Source: Craspedostauros australis (Eukaryota). Taken from it: 56,088 nt of DNA. Position 1 is the stretch's first letter. Each line of letters starts with the position of its first letter. Below the pieces are notes generated by a model. The model saw only the letters and a list, made by a program, of their open reading frames with translations. It was not told the origin of the DNA and ran no database searches. The stretch lies in assembly GCA_030167865.1 (NCBI GenBank), contig JALAGF010005449.1:1-56088 (forward strand), in the 5' to 3' direction. Both the position numbers and the translations under genes were made by a program. Below, in pieces: positions 1 to 11,877 of this stretch.

Positions 1-293
1 TGCTGCTGTCTCTCTCTGACGCGCTACCCCTGCCTTCTGTTTCCGTCTGCTGTACTTCTGTCTCGTACGCTTCCACTTTGAACATTCGCTGTGATGGAGT
101 CGATGTGGGTTGTCCTGTTGATGCTGATGTCGGTCTTGGCTGGTCTCTCTGCCGCGTCTCTGCGCCGGCTCTTCGTGCAGCTTGCTCTGCTTCCGTTTCG
201 ATGATGGCTCCTTGCTGAGCNNNNNNNNNNNNNNNNNNNNNNNNNNNNNNNNNNNNNNNNNNNNNNNNNNNNNNNNNCTCGTCTCCCTCGGTC

Positions 294-485
294 TCGTCCT
301 CGATCACTGGTGTGAGAGGGAATGCAGTCTCTTCGGTCTCTTCGCTCATTCAGCGCTCGTCTCGCTTCTCGTCTCGTCCTCGATCACTCGTGTGAGAGGG
401 TATTCTGCCACTTCAGTCTCTTCTGCTCATTCAGCGCCTCGCGCTCTTCGTTTCGTCCTCGATCACCGGTGTGAGAGGGTATGCT
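294..485. repeat. Short ~80-bp-period tandem repeat (3 copies) in CT-rich low-complexity DNA
   Basis: TCGTCCTCGATCACnnGTGTGAGAGGG recurs with GTGAGAGGG at 312, 392 and 471 (spacing 80, 79). Confidence 0.75.
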
Positions 486-593
486 AGCTCGTCTCTTGCT
501 CGTCGCTCATGCAGCGTCTCTCGCTCATGCAGCGTCTCTTGCTCTTCGATCTCTCCTTGCACAGGGCTTCCCTGGTGCTAACGTTTATAAACA

Positions 594-1155
594 TGTTGGA
601 AGGCTCCGCACACGGAGAATCGGTAGTAGTCAACACTCTTGTCGAAAGTGTTTCTGTTACTGTTACTGTTGTTGCTATTGATTGTTGATGAGCGNNNNNN
701 NNNNNNNNNNNNNNNNNNNNNNNNNNNNNNNNNNNNNNNNNNNNTCATTGCTTGGTGCAATCCTCTTGCACCTCCATGCACATTTCTCTCATGTTGCTCG
801 TTGATGTTGACTTGACCGTCAACGTTGTTGTTTCTCTCTCGTTGTCTCGTCGTTGTTCCGTTCTCAGGTTTTGTTGAACCTGATGATTGATCGAATCTGA
901 TGGAATATTCACAACATATTTCATTCCTGTAGACCTGGTAGTTAAGGTCTCGATGTGACGTCACGTGTGATGAATACTGTGGTATCCGCTGGTATCGCGG
1001 TATCCTGCTATCGTAGTATCGCGGTATCCTCGTGGTATCGCGGTGGTATTCCTGTGACGTCATAGTTTTGAGTCGTGATTCCGCCACCAAATATTCTGGA
1101 TGATGGCGCGCAAGTGTGACTGATGCATACACATCTGAGTACACACATTCCGACA
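594..1155. mobile_element. LTR-like segment, copy A (contains an N gap)
   Basis: Begins TGTTGGAA (594) and ends TTCCGACA (1148-1155), a copia-like TG...CA inverted terminus. Its last ~180 bp are repeated at 3948-4129. No target-site duplication (TSD) or primer-binding site was recognised. Confidence 0.4.
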
Positions 1156-1157
1156 AC

Positions 1158-1865
1158 TGTGAATTGGATGGTGCGGCTGTGGATGGTTGACTTGGTGTGG
1201 AGCTGTGAATGATCTCCTGCTGCGCATGGACAATCGATGTGGATTGGACGATGCGGTCGTGGATGGTTGACTTGGTGTGGACTTGCGAATGATCTCCTGC
1301 CTATCGACCATCACTGTGGATTGGACGATGCGGTCGTGGATGGTTGACTTGGCGTGGAGCTGCGAATGATCACCTGCTGCACATCAACAATCGATGTGGA
1401 TTGGACGATGCGGTCGTGGATGGTTGACTTGGAGTGGAGCTGCGAATGATCTCCTGCCTATCGACCATCACTGTGGATTGGATGGTGCGGTCGTGGATGG
1501 TTGACTTGTCGTGGAGCTGCAAATGATCACCTGCTGCGCATGGACAATCGATGTGGATTGGACGATGCGGCCATGGATGGTTGACTTGGCGTGGAGCTGC
1601 GAATGATCTCCTGCCTATCGACCATCACTGTGGATTGGATGGTGCCGCCATGGATGGTTGACTTGTCATGGAGCTGCGAATGATCTCCTGCTGTGCATCG
1701 ACAATCGATGTGGATTGGACGATGCGGCTGTGGATGGTTGACTTGGCTTGGAGCTGCGAATGATCTCCTGCTGCGCATCGACAATCGATGTGGATTGGAT
1801 GGTGCGGTTGTGGATGGTTGACTTGGCGTGGAGCTGCGAATGATCCCCTGCTGCCTATCGACGAT
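1158..1865. repeat. Satellite array of 9 units, mostly alternating 80 and 77 bp
   Basis: GGATGGTTGACTT starts at 1181, 1261, 1338, 1418, 1495, 1575, 1652, 1732 and 1812. Confidence 0.95.
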
Positions 1866-3947
1866 GTCTGTGCATTGGCTTACTCACGCCTCCAGCATGG
1901 ATGTGTTCGATCTTGCACGGTTTTCACTTTCATCACCTGTTTTGATTCAATTGGTCTTGTTGTTGACAGAGGTTGTTGGGGTTGTTCTTGATTCTATGTG
2001 ACTTGATTGTTGATCGATTGCATGCCGTTGTCAAGGTGTGTGCTGTTGCTTTTTGTGTATTTGCTGTTGTCTGCAACAATGATGCTTGATGGTGTTGTCA
2101 CTCTGGTTGTCTCTTTTCTGCCTGTTGGTTGTGATTGTGTTTGAGTTGTTTGGGGTTGCGGAGGTGGACTGTTGTTGTTGCTGCACTGCTTTTTGGGAGG
2201 CCGCACGAAACCTCCTCCGTTGTCCCGACGCTCCGAAAGCCGCTGAAGCAACCCCAACCAACAACTTCCCACACGATCGTCAATTCATTCTGGTGCTATG
2301 TACATGGCAGAAGATCCGTCTGTACGCATGACCCCTTAACTGTCGAATGGTTGGAAACACAACGATTGGATCAAAATAATTCAAAACTGTTTCCAGCACA
2401 AGTCAAGCACACAACGCACGAATGAAGCACATGCCAAGGACGATTCATGTTTAACTGTGATGTTCTCTGGTTGTCCTAAAAAGATCAATGTTGTCTTTTT
2501 TGACATTTTCGAAGACAAACGAACAGGGTTCAAGGCTTCTCGTTACTTAGCGCTAGCGTCTCTCTTTGGAATCCCTCCAGGGTTCCACGTCCTATCTAGA
2601 GACCACCAGAAATCACCAGTTGGCAACTGTGATGCTGTATTTCTCGTCGATCCGAAGCCTCATCAACGAAATCGTGTTCTGACACCATGTGTTCGTCTTC
2701 ACTTCGTGCGTGCCTACAAGGAGTCTACCTGAAACCCACAGCAGCCCATAACTTATCTAATATAATGATGATCCACCTCGGATATTTTTTAATATATACT
2801 TCACAACACGCTGTATAATATTCTGCAATAACCTGAAAACGCATGTAGACTGCTCCCCCCGCGACTCGTTGGTTTGTGACTGAATGGGCTCTTCTATCAG
2901 ATCAAAAGTCTATATTTACCTTAGTCTATGTCTAATCTTGTTCTCAGTAAACTTCGCCAGGTCACGTATGATACTTTTGGTCATGAACCGTTTTCTCTTT
3001 CTCTGTTGACATCATTTACCGCAACTCCCGACGGCCCTCAGATACCTGTCTTGGTGTCTGAAGGTGGTAATGAGTTGAAGGATGGACGTCAGGCCCTGCC
3101 TGTCATCCTCCTTATGTGTACATGACCATGTATGTCTGAATCCTGAGCAAATCCACCTTCACAGGGCATGTCTACTGTCTTGTTGAGTGAATGTATGAGC
3201 ATCTTGGCTCAGATACAAGCTCATCAATCCCATCAAATTTGGCAAGATCGCATTTCTGCAATGATCGGATTTGTTGCATGCATCATTGTTGTTCCAAGAA
3301 GCAAGATCAATATTGGAGGCACCATGAACCTCCTCAGTCTTGCAAACTTGAACAACACCTTCATGCTCTGCACTTCATGCACTGCAATTCATGCACTGCA
3401 CTTCATGCTCTGCTGTGTGTTGCAACACATGTTGCCTCAGCATCCTTTTTCATCATTTCATCTCCAAATGCTCACAATTTAGACTCCAACAGTTCTGAAT
3501 TGGGCCATCTTACATACCATCTAACATCAATTAACCACTCAGAGCACACTGACATTTATCAACAGCTTCACTCTATTTCATTTGACAGACCTGATCACTC
3601 CCAATTTTGAAGTAAGTACCCATTTTTGTCTGTGTTCTATCAGATTAACAGTCGCAATCGCCTACATCCTGTGCTGAACGCGTGAACCATCAACATTGTC
3701 CATTGGCATTGAGCATTCATCAACAACATCATCTTGCAACATCGCGTGACGACGTGAAGTTGATTCCATCTCTGTGACTTCAGCTTTGCTGCGCAGAACA
3801 TCAGAGCCAATCGGCTTGTGCACACTCACTTCCATCACTTTTGGACGCATTCGTCAGTGATATCCATTGCCTTGTTACCCAAGTACTTCATCAACACATC
3901 ATCCATTTGGTATCGATCACATCCGATCTACCAACACATGTGGTGGA

Positions 3948-4129
3948 TACTGTGGTATCCGCTGGTATTGCGGTGTCCTGGCATTGTAGTATCGTGGTGT
4001 CCTTGTGGTATCGTGGTAGTATCGTTGTGACGTCATCAGTTTTGGGTCGTGATTGCGCCAACAAATATTCCTGCTGGCACGCAAGTGTGACTGATGCATA
4101 CACATCCGAGTACACACATTCCAACAACT
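3948..4129. repeat. Diverged direct repeat of 975-1158; LTR-like end TTCCAACA at 4119-4126
   Basis: TACTGTGGTATCCGCTGGTAT...GCAAGTGTGACTGATGCATACACATC.GAGTACACACATTCC.ACAACT is shared by both copies. Confidence 0.85.
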
Positions 4130-4882
4130 ACAAGGGTTCCGGTGGCAAGGGCAGACAACGGAGTTCAAAGCAACGCGAGGATGCCAGGTGTGGCTTTGGC
4201 AGCGAGATGACCAGGTGTATGTGGTAGGGGTCGGAATGTTGGAAATCCGGGGTTAGGTAGTAGATTAATCTGTTATCAATCTGTACCAATTTAGAACTGT
4301 GAGAACAAACTCCTTGACTNNNNNNNNNNNNNNNNNNNNNNNNNNNNNNNNNNNNNNNNNNNNNNNNNNNNNNNNNNNNNNNNNNNNNNNNNNNNNNNNN
4401 NNNNNNNNNNNNNNNNNNNNNNNNNNNNNNNNNNNNNNNNNNNNNNNNNNNNNNNNNNNNNNNNNNNNNNNNNNNNNNNNNNNNNNNNNNNNNNNNNNNN
4501 NNAGCATCTCTCATAGACGCACAGGTACCTTCAGCATGGGTCTCAGTCTGATTGATCCCACTTGACCTTCGGTTCCTCAGTATTCCACCTGCGCCATCAT
4601 CACATACTCGCCGGTCATGTTCAATGCATGTTGCGTCGTCATTCGTGCTCTTGAGCGGATAGGAGCATCGCCTCCGTTTCGCTTTCTCAGAGAAGCGATC
4701 CCTTGTCCGTCGATGCGCGTCAACATGTCTGATATATATCGACAGTTTCGCCCATAGTCTTGGCTCATGTGCGATTACATCCCTAGAGGTCGATCCATAG
4801 GTTCGCCCTCATTACAGCGGTGGTACATGGATAGGNNNNNNNNNNNNNNNNNNNNNNNNNNNNNNNNNNNNNNNNNNNNNNN

Positions 4883-6900
4883 GTTGATGGGGGACAGGCT
4901 GCAAGGTGGTCCGAGTGTTACCAACAAAGTTGACCTCGTCGAGTTGTGAAGATATTATTGGGAGGTGCGGCAATCATGGGTATCTTGGTAAAAGCGTACC
5001 CCCGATTCCTGACATCGGAATGTGGTGGAGACAACAAAGCAGGACAGCAAGGTGGGAGTTTGGGGAAGCAGGATAAAAGTGGGTCCAAGCGGTGCGTGAT
5101 GGCAGAGCAGTCATCAGTACCGATGGATCGTTCAAGGACGGCAAGAGCACGGCAGCTTTTTTGCTGAACATACGAGGGCAGCGAGAAGGGTGCTTAAAGA
5201 TGTCAGGACCAGTGCAAGAGCGGCCAGAAGTACAAAGTGCGTATCGGGCGGAACTCGGGGGCGTTTACCAAGACCTCATGGTGGCTGATAGGGCACTCCG
5301 GGAGTCCAGTGTAGAGCACGGGGATTCTGCAGCAATAATCGTGGTTGCCTGCGACAACCGCATGGCCGGCATCCATGCTGTGGAATATGACTGCGATGTG
5401 CACACAGGGGTGCAACACTTCGACCTCTTGAGGGCGATAAGGCAAGTCACCCGGAGGATACCAGCGAAGCTGGAGTACCGGCATGTCTACGGACATCAGC
5501 TGGAGCGAGATCGAGGGGTCGCCCGTGACGAGTACACGTACTGGAACGATGACGTTGATCATATGGCTGGGGAAGAACAAGACAAGCATACGCGCGGCGA
5601 AGACAGCGAATGGAGAGCCGATGAATGGTTAGTGTGGCTACGGTCCCAAAAGTATGCCGAAATATGAAAAGTGAGATTCGGCGCCACGTCCAAAGTATGA
5701 AAACGTGGGAATGGCAGCGCCGAGCCAAGAAGATGTTGGCAGCAACAATCGAGTGCATTGATGTGGAGTCGGTTCAGGCAGCTATGAGGCGTCTGAGTGG
5801 CGCGCGCAAGCAGTGGGTAGTGAAGCACGCAGCGGGGTTTGGGCCAGTTGGGCGCAATATAGCGAAGTGGGGGTTCTGGGCGAGCAGTGAGTGCCCCGTG
5901 TGCCACGACGTTGAAGAAACCACAGAGCATATCATGCAGTGCCGGCACCCCGCGGCGATGGCAGTGCGGGAGAAGGCGTTTTCAGCATGGAGAGACGATA
6001 TGATATATGCTGGAGGTGACGTGGGCATGGTGCATGAGATGGTGCGTCAACTCCAGAGCTGGAGCAACGAGGAGGATCCCGATCCCAGAGCGCGGTGCGC
6101 GGTCCAGGAAGCAGTCAATGAACAGCGAGTGATCAGATGGGGGATGATGGTGCGCGGGAGATGGTCTAAGAAGTGGAGGCAGGTCCAGTCTGTTCGGATG
6201 GAAGTTGAGGGAAGGCCCACGAAACTGGTGAATTGGATGGGTGGGGCTGTCACAGGGCTGTGGAAGGTGTGATAGAAAGCTTGGGAGGCAAGGAACAGTA
6301 TACTCCATGATTGGGAAAGGCGCAAGCGAGCGGCCGCTGAGGAAGCAGAGGTGCAGCGGATGGTGAGCGAGCAGTGGGCGTTGGGGAGTGCAGCCATAAT
6401 GGTGGCGGATCAAGGGTTGCTGGCGAACGTGACGAGGGATGAGATTGCCAGGTGGTCAGTGGACATCCAGCGCCGGTGGGTGCTACACGTTCAGGCAGCA
6501 AGGAGTGCGGCCAGGCCAGTAAGAGAGCAGTTGATTGCAACGACGCAGGAGAATCGAGGAGAATGCCAAGGACTCGCAGGCAACGTGAGACGGAAGCAAC
6601 GAGGGGGAAGCAGGGGTAAGCGACGGTTTGCTGTGGCTTTGAGTGGCGGAAGGGCAAGAAAGCGACGACGTGGAGGGCGGATCGGTACATGAGAATTGTG
6701 AAGAGCATGGCGGGCGCAAGCCAGATGCCCAGTGCGGTATGTTAGATGGCCCATGGTGTTGGCAAGCCGTGGTAGACTTGGTAGTGAGAGACCTGGTGTA
6801 GTCGTTCCAGTGCAATCGGCCTTTGGATCGTTGTATGCGGTCGACTCTAAAGCCTTCGGGGCAACCCTGTGCGCAGGGGATATTCAGTGAGTTAGTACTG
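4883..6900 (+). mobile_element. Decayed non-LTR retrotransposon 3' part: RNase H plus CCHC zinc finger (Ambal-like by inference)
   Basis: RNase H motifs STDGSF, SAYRAELGG, VACDN, RHVYGHQ and WNDDVDHMA lie in 5092-5667. CPVC...ETTEHIMQC and WGMMVRGRWSKKW follow in another frame (frameshift near 5650). In-frame TGA TAG at 6270-6275 precedes KAWEARNSILH. The 3' boundary is approximate. Confidence 0.85.
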
Positions 6901-6963
6901 GTTGTGTTGTTTGTATTGTGATTAGTAAAATAAGACACAGTGTGGTTAGGACGCGTCAGCTCA

Positions 6964-7037
6964 GCAGAGATGGTCTAGTTGGTTATGACGCGGCTTTAAC
7001 ACAGCTGAGGTCCCGGGTTCGATTCCCGGTCTTTGTA
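6964..7037 (+). tRNA. tRNA-Val (AAC)
   Basis: Cloverleaf: acceptor GCAGAGA/TCTTTGT, D arm GTC..GAC, anticodon arm CGGCT-TTAACAC-AGCTG, T arm CCGGG-TTCGATT-CCCGG. Confidence 0.93.
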
Positions 7038-7652
7038 TGGATGCTGATTGCTATCTGTTTTGTTCCAGACAGTGACGTCTGGATGCAGAGATCTGGTATT
7101 GTTGTTTGGGTGTCGATGTGCGGCATCTGGTTCATGTTTTGGTCGGCTTGCTGTTGTGAAGTCCCATGGCATGGTGAGCAACTGTTTTCACCAATCGTCA
7201 GAGACGTAACTTCGGCTTCAATCACCTCCCAAGATTTTCCATCCTCACTTCCCACCAAATGAGAGAGACACCCACGGGGTGAGGATTCGTCATTTCCACA
7301 AAGCAAAACAGAGTTCTCACCGAGGGTCCGAATGAGGTGCTTCCTTCAGGGACCGTGCGGGGCTTGACAGTGTTGGTCTAGTTTGATGTTAGTACAACAG
7401 TGAACCTGAACCAGGCTGTGTCTGTCGCGTGGACTGCTGATGGCCACGGGCGTTCTAGAGTATGGTGTGCAGCTGTGTGCATCTCCTCGCGTAAGGTGAG
7501 CTGGCCTGAAGCGCAGACAAGCACTGGCACAAGGTAGTACTCCACGATACACGCTCGTGCTCGTGTAATAAGCAAGGAAAGGCGTTATGTTCATTACGGG
7601 CCAGTTAGAGCGGATGCACGCGTCTGTCCAATCTATTCTACCAACCAATACT

Positions 7653-9038
7653 CTAACCGCTCTTTCCGCCCATCATGACCTCTGGTGCGACGGCTTGGCT
7701 CTTGTTGTTCAACATCCTTGGGTGCGCCACGAGTGCGTCATCAATGTTTCCGTACCGACTGGTGTACTTCTTGTACCACTCTACGGTCGTCTTCAATCCC
7801 TCTTCCCAAGTCATTTTCTCCACCCAGCCAAGGTCATGCAATTTCTTCGAGTTGATGGTGTATCGCAGATCGTTGAACTGTCTGTCTGGGACGAATGTGA
7901 GCCACTCCTCCTCCTCCTTCTCGCGGCCGAAGATCTTCAGCAGGTCCTTTGCCACCTGGACATTTGGGAGCTCGTTCTTGCCACCGATGTTGTAGACATG
8001 TCCGGGCGTTCCCTTGTGCATGATGACATCGAACGCGTTGGCGACATCGGTGACGTAGAGGAAGTTGCGGGTGTTGGTTCCATCGCCGTGCAACGTGAGC
8101 TTCTTGTCTCTCATGAGCTGGTTGGTGAACTTCGGGATGAGCTTTTCTGGGAACTGATGAGGTCCGTAGACGTTGTTGCCTCGCGTGATCAGGCAGGGGA
8201 GCTTGAACGAGCGGAAGTACGACTTGACCAAGAATTCGGCGCCTGCCTTGGTTGCGGCGTATGGGTTGGTCGGCTCCAGGACGTGCTCCTCGGTCATGGG
8301 GTCAGTTTCGAAGTCCTCTCCTTCTCCGTACACCTCATCCGTGCTGACATGGACGAAGCGCTTGAGCGTCGTGCACACCTTGGCGCTCTCCAAGAGGACG
8401 TGAGTTCCGTAGATGTTGGAATGGGTGAATGCAAACGAGTTTCCGAAGGAATTGTCGACGTGCGTCTGGGCGGCAAAGTGGAGGATTGTGTCAATTTTCT
8501 CCTCGCGGAGGACGTAGCTGACCAGATCCTCGGTCGCGATATCTCCCTTGATGAATTTGAAGTTGTGGAAGTCCTTGATCTCATCCAAGTTCTCCAGGCA
8601 GGAGCAGTAATCCAGGCGATCGTAGACGACGATCTTGTACTGTGGGTACTTCTTGGCCATCAAAATGGCGACATGAGAGGCGATGAAACCTGCTCCGTGA
8701 CCGTCCAGCAGACCGCACGATGACGATAACGATGACGACAATAGTGAGACAAGGTGAAGGTGAAGGCAAGACGCAATGTGAGCGCCATGCTGTGACGCAA
8801 AGCAGCGCAACAGTTTCGACCATCGCGTGCCTCCAACGATCAACGGGGTGCCAAAGACTCTTCATGTTGTTGATGTCGGCGTTTTTCACTCCGACCAACG
8901 CGAATCTCAACAACCAATCTTCGAGAATAGCACAATCGTATCCTCACCTGCCCCTCCAGTGATCAGGATGTTCTTGGGGACGTAGGAACCCTCCTCTTCC
9001 GTCTTCTGCTTCTTCGTGGTGGGTTCTTCGGCCGACAT
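7653..9038 (-). CDS. UDP/dTDP-glucose 4,6-dehydratase (stand-alone RHM N-terminal-type domain); exons 9038-8948, 8689-7653
   Basis: Splicing rebuilds MSAEE...KNILITGGAGFIASH (GxxGxxG). Further motifs are HFAAQTHVDNSF, STDEVYG, YAATK and TRGNNVYGPHQFPEKLIPKF. GT-AG intron at 8947-8690. Confidence 0.95.
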
Positions 9039-9979
9039 CTTGGCTTCGTTTCAGGTGTAGATTGTGTGCTGAGTGGAGTGAGCGTGAGCTTTGATTTCGC
9101 TCAGTGTCTGAGAATGTCTGTTTGTTGTGATTGTTGTGATTGCTCTTGTGCTGATGGCACCTGCGTTGTCGTGGGGCGTTGGGGGAGGACTTTTCTTGGA
9201 TGGATTCCGATTTTTGTGTGCGTTTGGTGAGCGCTCGATTGTTGTGCCAAACAACAATGACCACAGGCACCCAACGGGTCAAAAATTGAGACTTTCTAGA
9301 TTATCCCGAGCGTTGGTGATTCATGGCCTATCCCTGACTCGTGAATGAACAAAAAGGATCTTCTGCGTGCAGCCACGACTGCCGAATGGCACCTCAAAAC
9401 CTTTCCGTGTCCATCTTTGAACATCATGGATGGTGTCAGAGCGAAGCCATCCATGTCACACAATCAGGCAAGATCACGAGTGTGCGAGAATGAAGCTTAA
9501 AGAAGCGTGCGATCCTCTATGAAGGTAAATACATAGAGTATGCATCTATGCATGGGTTCGACGACAAGGCATTCGATCGAAGGGAACAGGACAGACGGGA
9601 AGATTCAGGGTTCAGAAGAAAGATGATAATACTTATTATTGGTCGTAGGGAGAGGTTCTGTGGTGACCTGAATTGCGAGCTCGGTGATGGTGTGGCTTCT
9701 ATTTTGTTCTTGTGCAATGACGGCCCCTCGTTCCCAATCACGCAATCATCAATCGTAAGATTCTTCCTCGAGCCGAGGTGCCTGGTGAAGCAATTTGAGC
9801 GCTATCCGGCGTGATGCTTGACGTTATCGCTTCGAGTCTGGATACAAGCACCAGCAGAAAAGGCTTCACAACATCGAGGCGGCGAAAAAGATGAGCCAAA
9901 TGCCACACATCGACACCAAAAACAAAGCCCTGCACCTAACACAACTCTTCGGAACAAAACAGATAGCGACAGGCATCCA

Positions 9980-10053
9980 TACAAAGACCGGGAATCGAAC
10001 CCGGGACCTCAGCTGTGTTAAAGCCGCGTCATAACCAACTAGACCATCTCTGC
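9980..10053 (-). tRNA. tRNA-Val (AAC)
   Basis: Identical to 6964-7037, on the reverse strand. Confidence 0.93.
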
Positions 10054-10896
10054 TGCGCTGGCAAAACGCGATCAAACCGAGTTTAATGCTTACAAACTTA
10101 ATGCAACAACCACAACGACGGCGACATTCCACATCCAACACCATCGGAATTGTAACCTACCAAAAGTGGGACGAACAGAAACATTCGTGTGCCTTCGTCT
10201 CCACGCTCGACCAAACACTCCTATCCCCATTTCATGTCATGCTGGCTGAATACGGAGGAATCCAGTCTGTGGCGATTCGTGAGACCCGTCACACGCAGGG
10301 CTGATGAGAGCAAAGAGAATGTTGGGTGTAGAATATGTAATGTCTGGCATGAGGATGTGAGAGAACGAGTGCAGGTGAGCTCATGGGTACTCCTCCATAC
10401 TACCTACCCTACACCTGAGTATGTCTACGCTTCTCTTCAGAATGTGGACGTGACAGATCTGCCATCTGCTGCTAGGTCTGGGCACCCAAGAGAACAGGAT
10501 AGGACAGGACAGGATACTGTGAGCAGTAGGGATGCCAACACACTTCTCCTTCTTCACAGTATCTGCTTCTGAGCGGTGTGCACAACAATGCAACAACCTA
10601 TGACTATATTATATCAAACGTGAGAGCACAGTGACTCGAAGCACACTCAACCCAATGTGACCATCCAATGGTGGCATGATCAGCTTGTTTGGTGACAGTA
10701 CGAGCATGCGACTGTTCCAGAGACCGGGATGCGAGCGTACATACGCTGGTCTCTGTGAACTTGCGAGTTGAGAGATGTGATTTGGTCACAAAGTGTTGTG
10801 TTGTTTGTTTGTGGACATCACAGCGTCGTATTGATTGTGTTGATTGTGATGTGTATAGTGATTTTATTGTCAGTGTGGTCCCACAACGCCAGCGCA

Positions 10897-10970
10897 GCAG
10901 AGATGGTCTAGTTGGTTATGACGCGGCTTTAACACAGCTGAGGTCCCGGGTTCGATTCCCGGTCTTTGTA
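10897..10970 (+). tRNA. tRNA-Val (AAC)
   Basis: Identical to 6964-7037. Confidence 0.93.
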
Positions 10971-11877
10971 TGGATGCCTGTCGCTATCTGTTTTGTTCCG
11001 AAGAGTGATGTTGGGTGGCGTTTCGTTCGTCTTTTGCTTTGTTTGATGATAGATAATCGACCCTCTATAGAGAGAATGGTTTATCTGATGTTGGCTTTGC
11101 TCAATGGCGCTCTGTTTTGCTTCCATCTATTTATTTTACCATACATGCGTGCCATTGCTTTGTTCGAAGCTGGTGCGATGTCACATATTTTGATCAAGTC
11201 CAGTTGCTCTCAACGCACGATACTGTCAATGCTCACACTATGCTTCGCTTGATGCATGTAGAGAAGAAGAGACAGAAGACAGAAGAGAACGGCCCAACCT
11301 TGAAATGGGGGGCGTGCACCCATCATCGCATGCCCGCAGTACAAGTGCGGTTCATACGCATACGACCGATGGAGGCACCCCCTAAATCAGTGTTACCTCT
11401 CCCAATCTCCACAATGAGGCCGGCAGTGATGCATTGGCGTTGGTGAGAACTTCAGCCAGAACGTCTGATTAAGCTGGTCTCTCTCCAGATAGAATGATCA
11501 AATCTAGAGACATGGCTCAATTCGTCGTGGTTGATTGAATTGGAGACTCTTTTTGTCTGCCCCATTATCCGCCTGGCCGCCCATCCAGAACAGCGCTTTT
11601 CTATTGCTCGGTCGAATCATCCGACTTCTTCGTTGACAATGACGGTGGTCATTTTCGGAGGTGTTCGTTGCGTTGGTGAACCCAACGTCCACGCCCCAAA
11701 CAGCCGTTGGGAACGATTTCGCAGCAAAGCCCAGTGTCGCGTTGTTTCGTGTTGTGCTGTGTTTGTTGGTGGTGGTTGTGTTTTCTGTCTTCGCAAACAC
11801 AAACGTTTGGCGGTGCGGACATCATCAGGTCACCAAGCAAACAAAAAGGACAACCAACTGCACGAACGGGCTGAATC

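Noticed and set aside
1158..1865. CRISPR array
   Set aside because: Whole units are repeated with no unique spacers, there are no cas genes, and the context is eukaryotic.
6270..6275. Programmed stop-codon read-through in the retroelement
   Set aside because: Two adjacent stops plus an upstream frameshift indicate decay.
6964..7160. tRNA-derived SINE family
   Set aside because: The tRNA bodies are perfect and identical while the flanks diverge, and no TSD or tail is seen. Functional tRNA genes are the simpler reading.
7587..8723. Long antisense ORFs (also 24075-25070, 25680-26630, 31066-31905, 35601-36338)
   Set aside because: These are shadows of real genes on the opposite strand, caused by codon bias, and carry no motifs.
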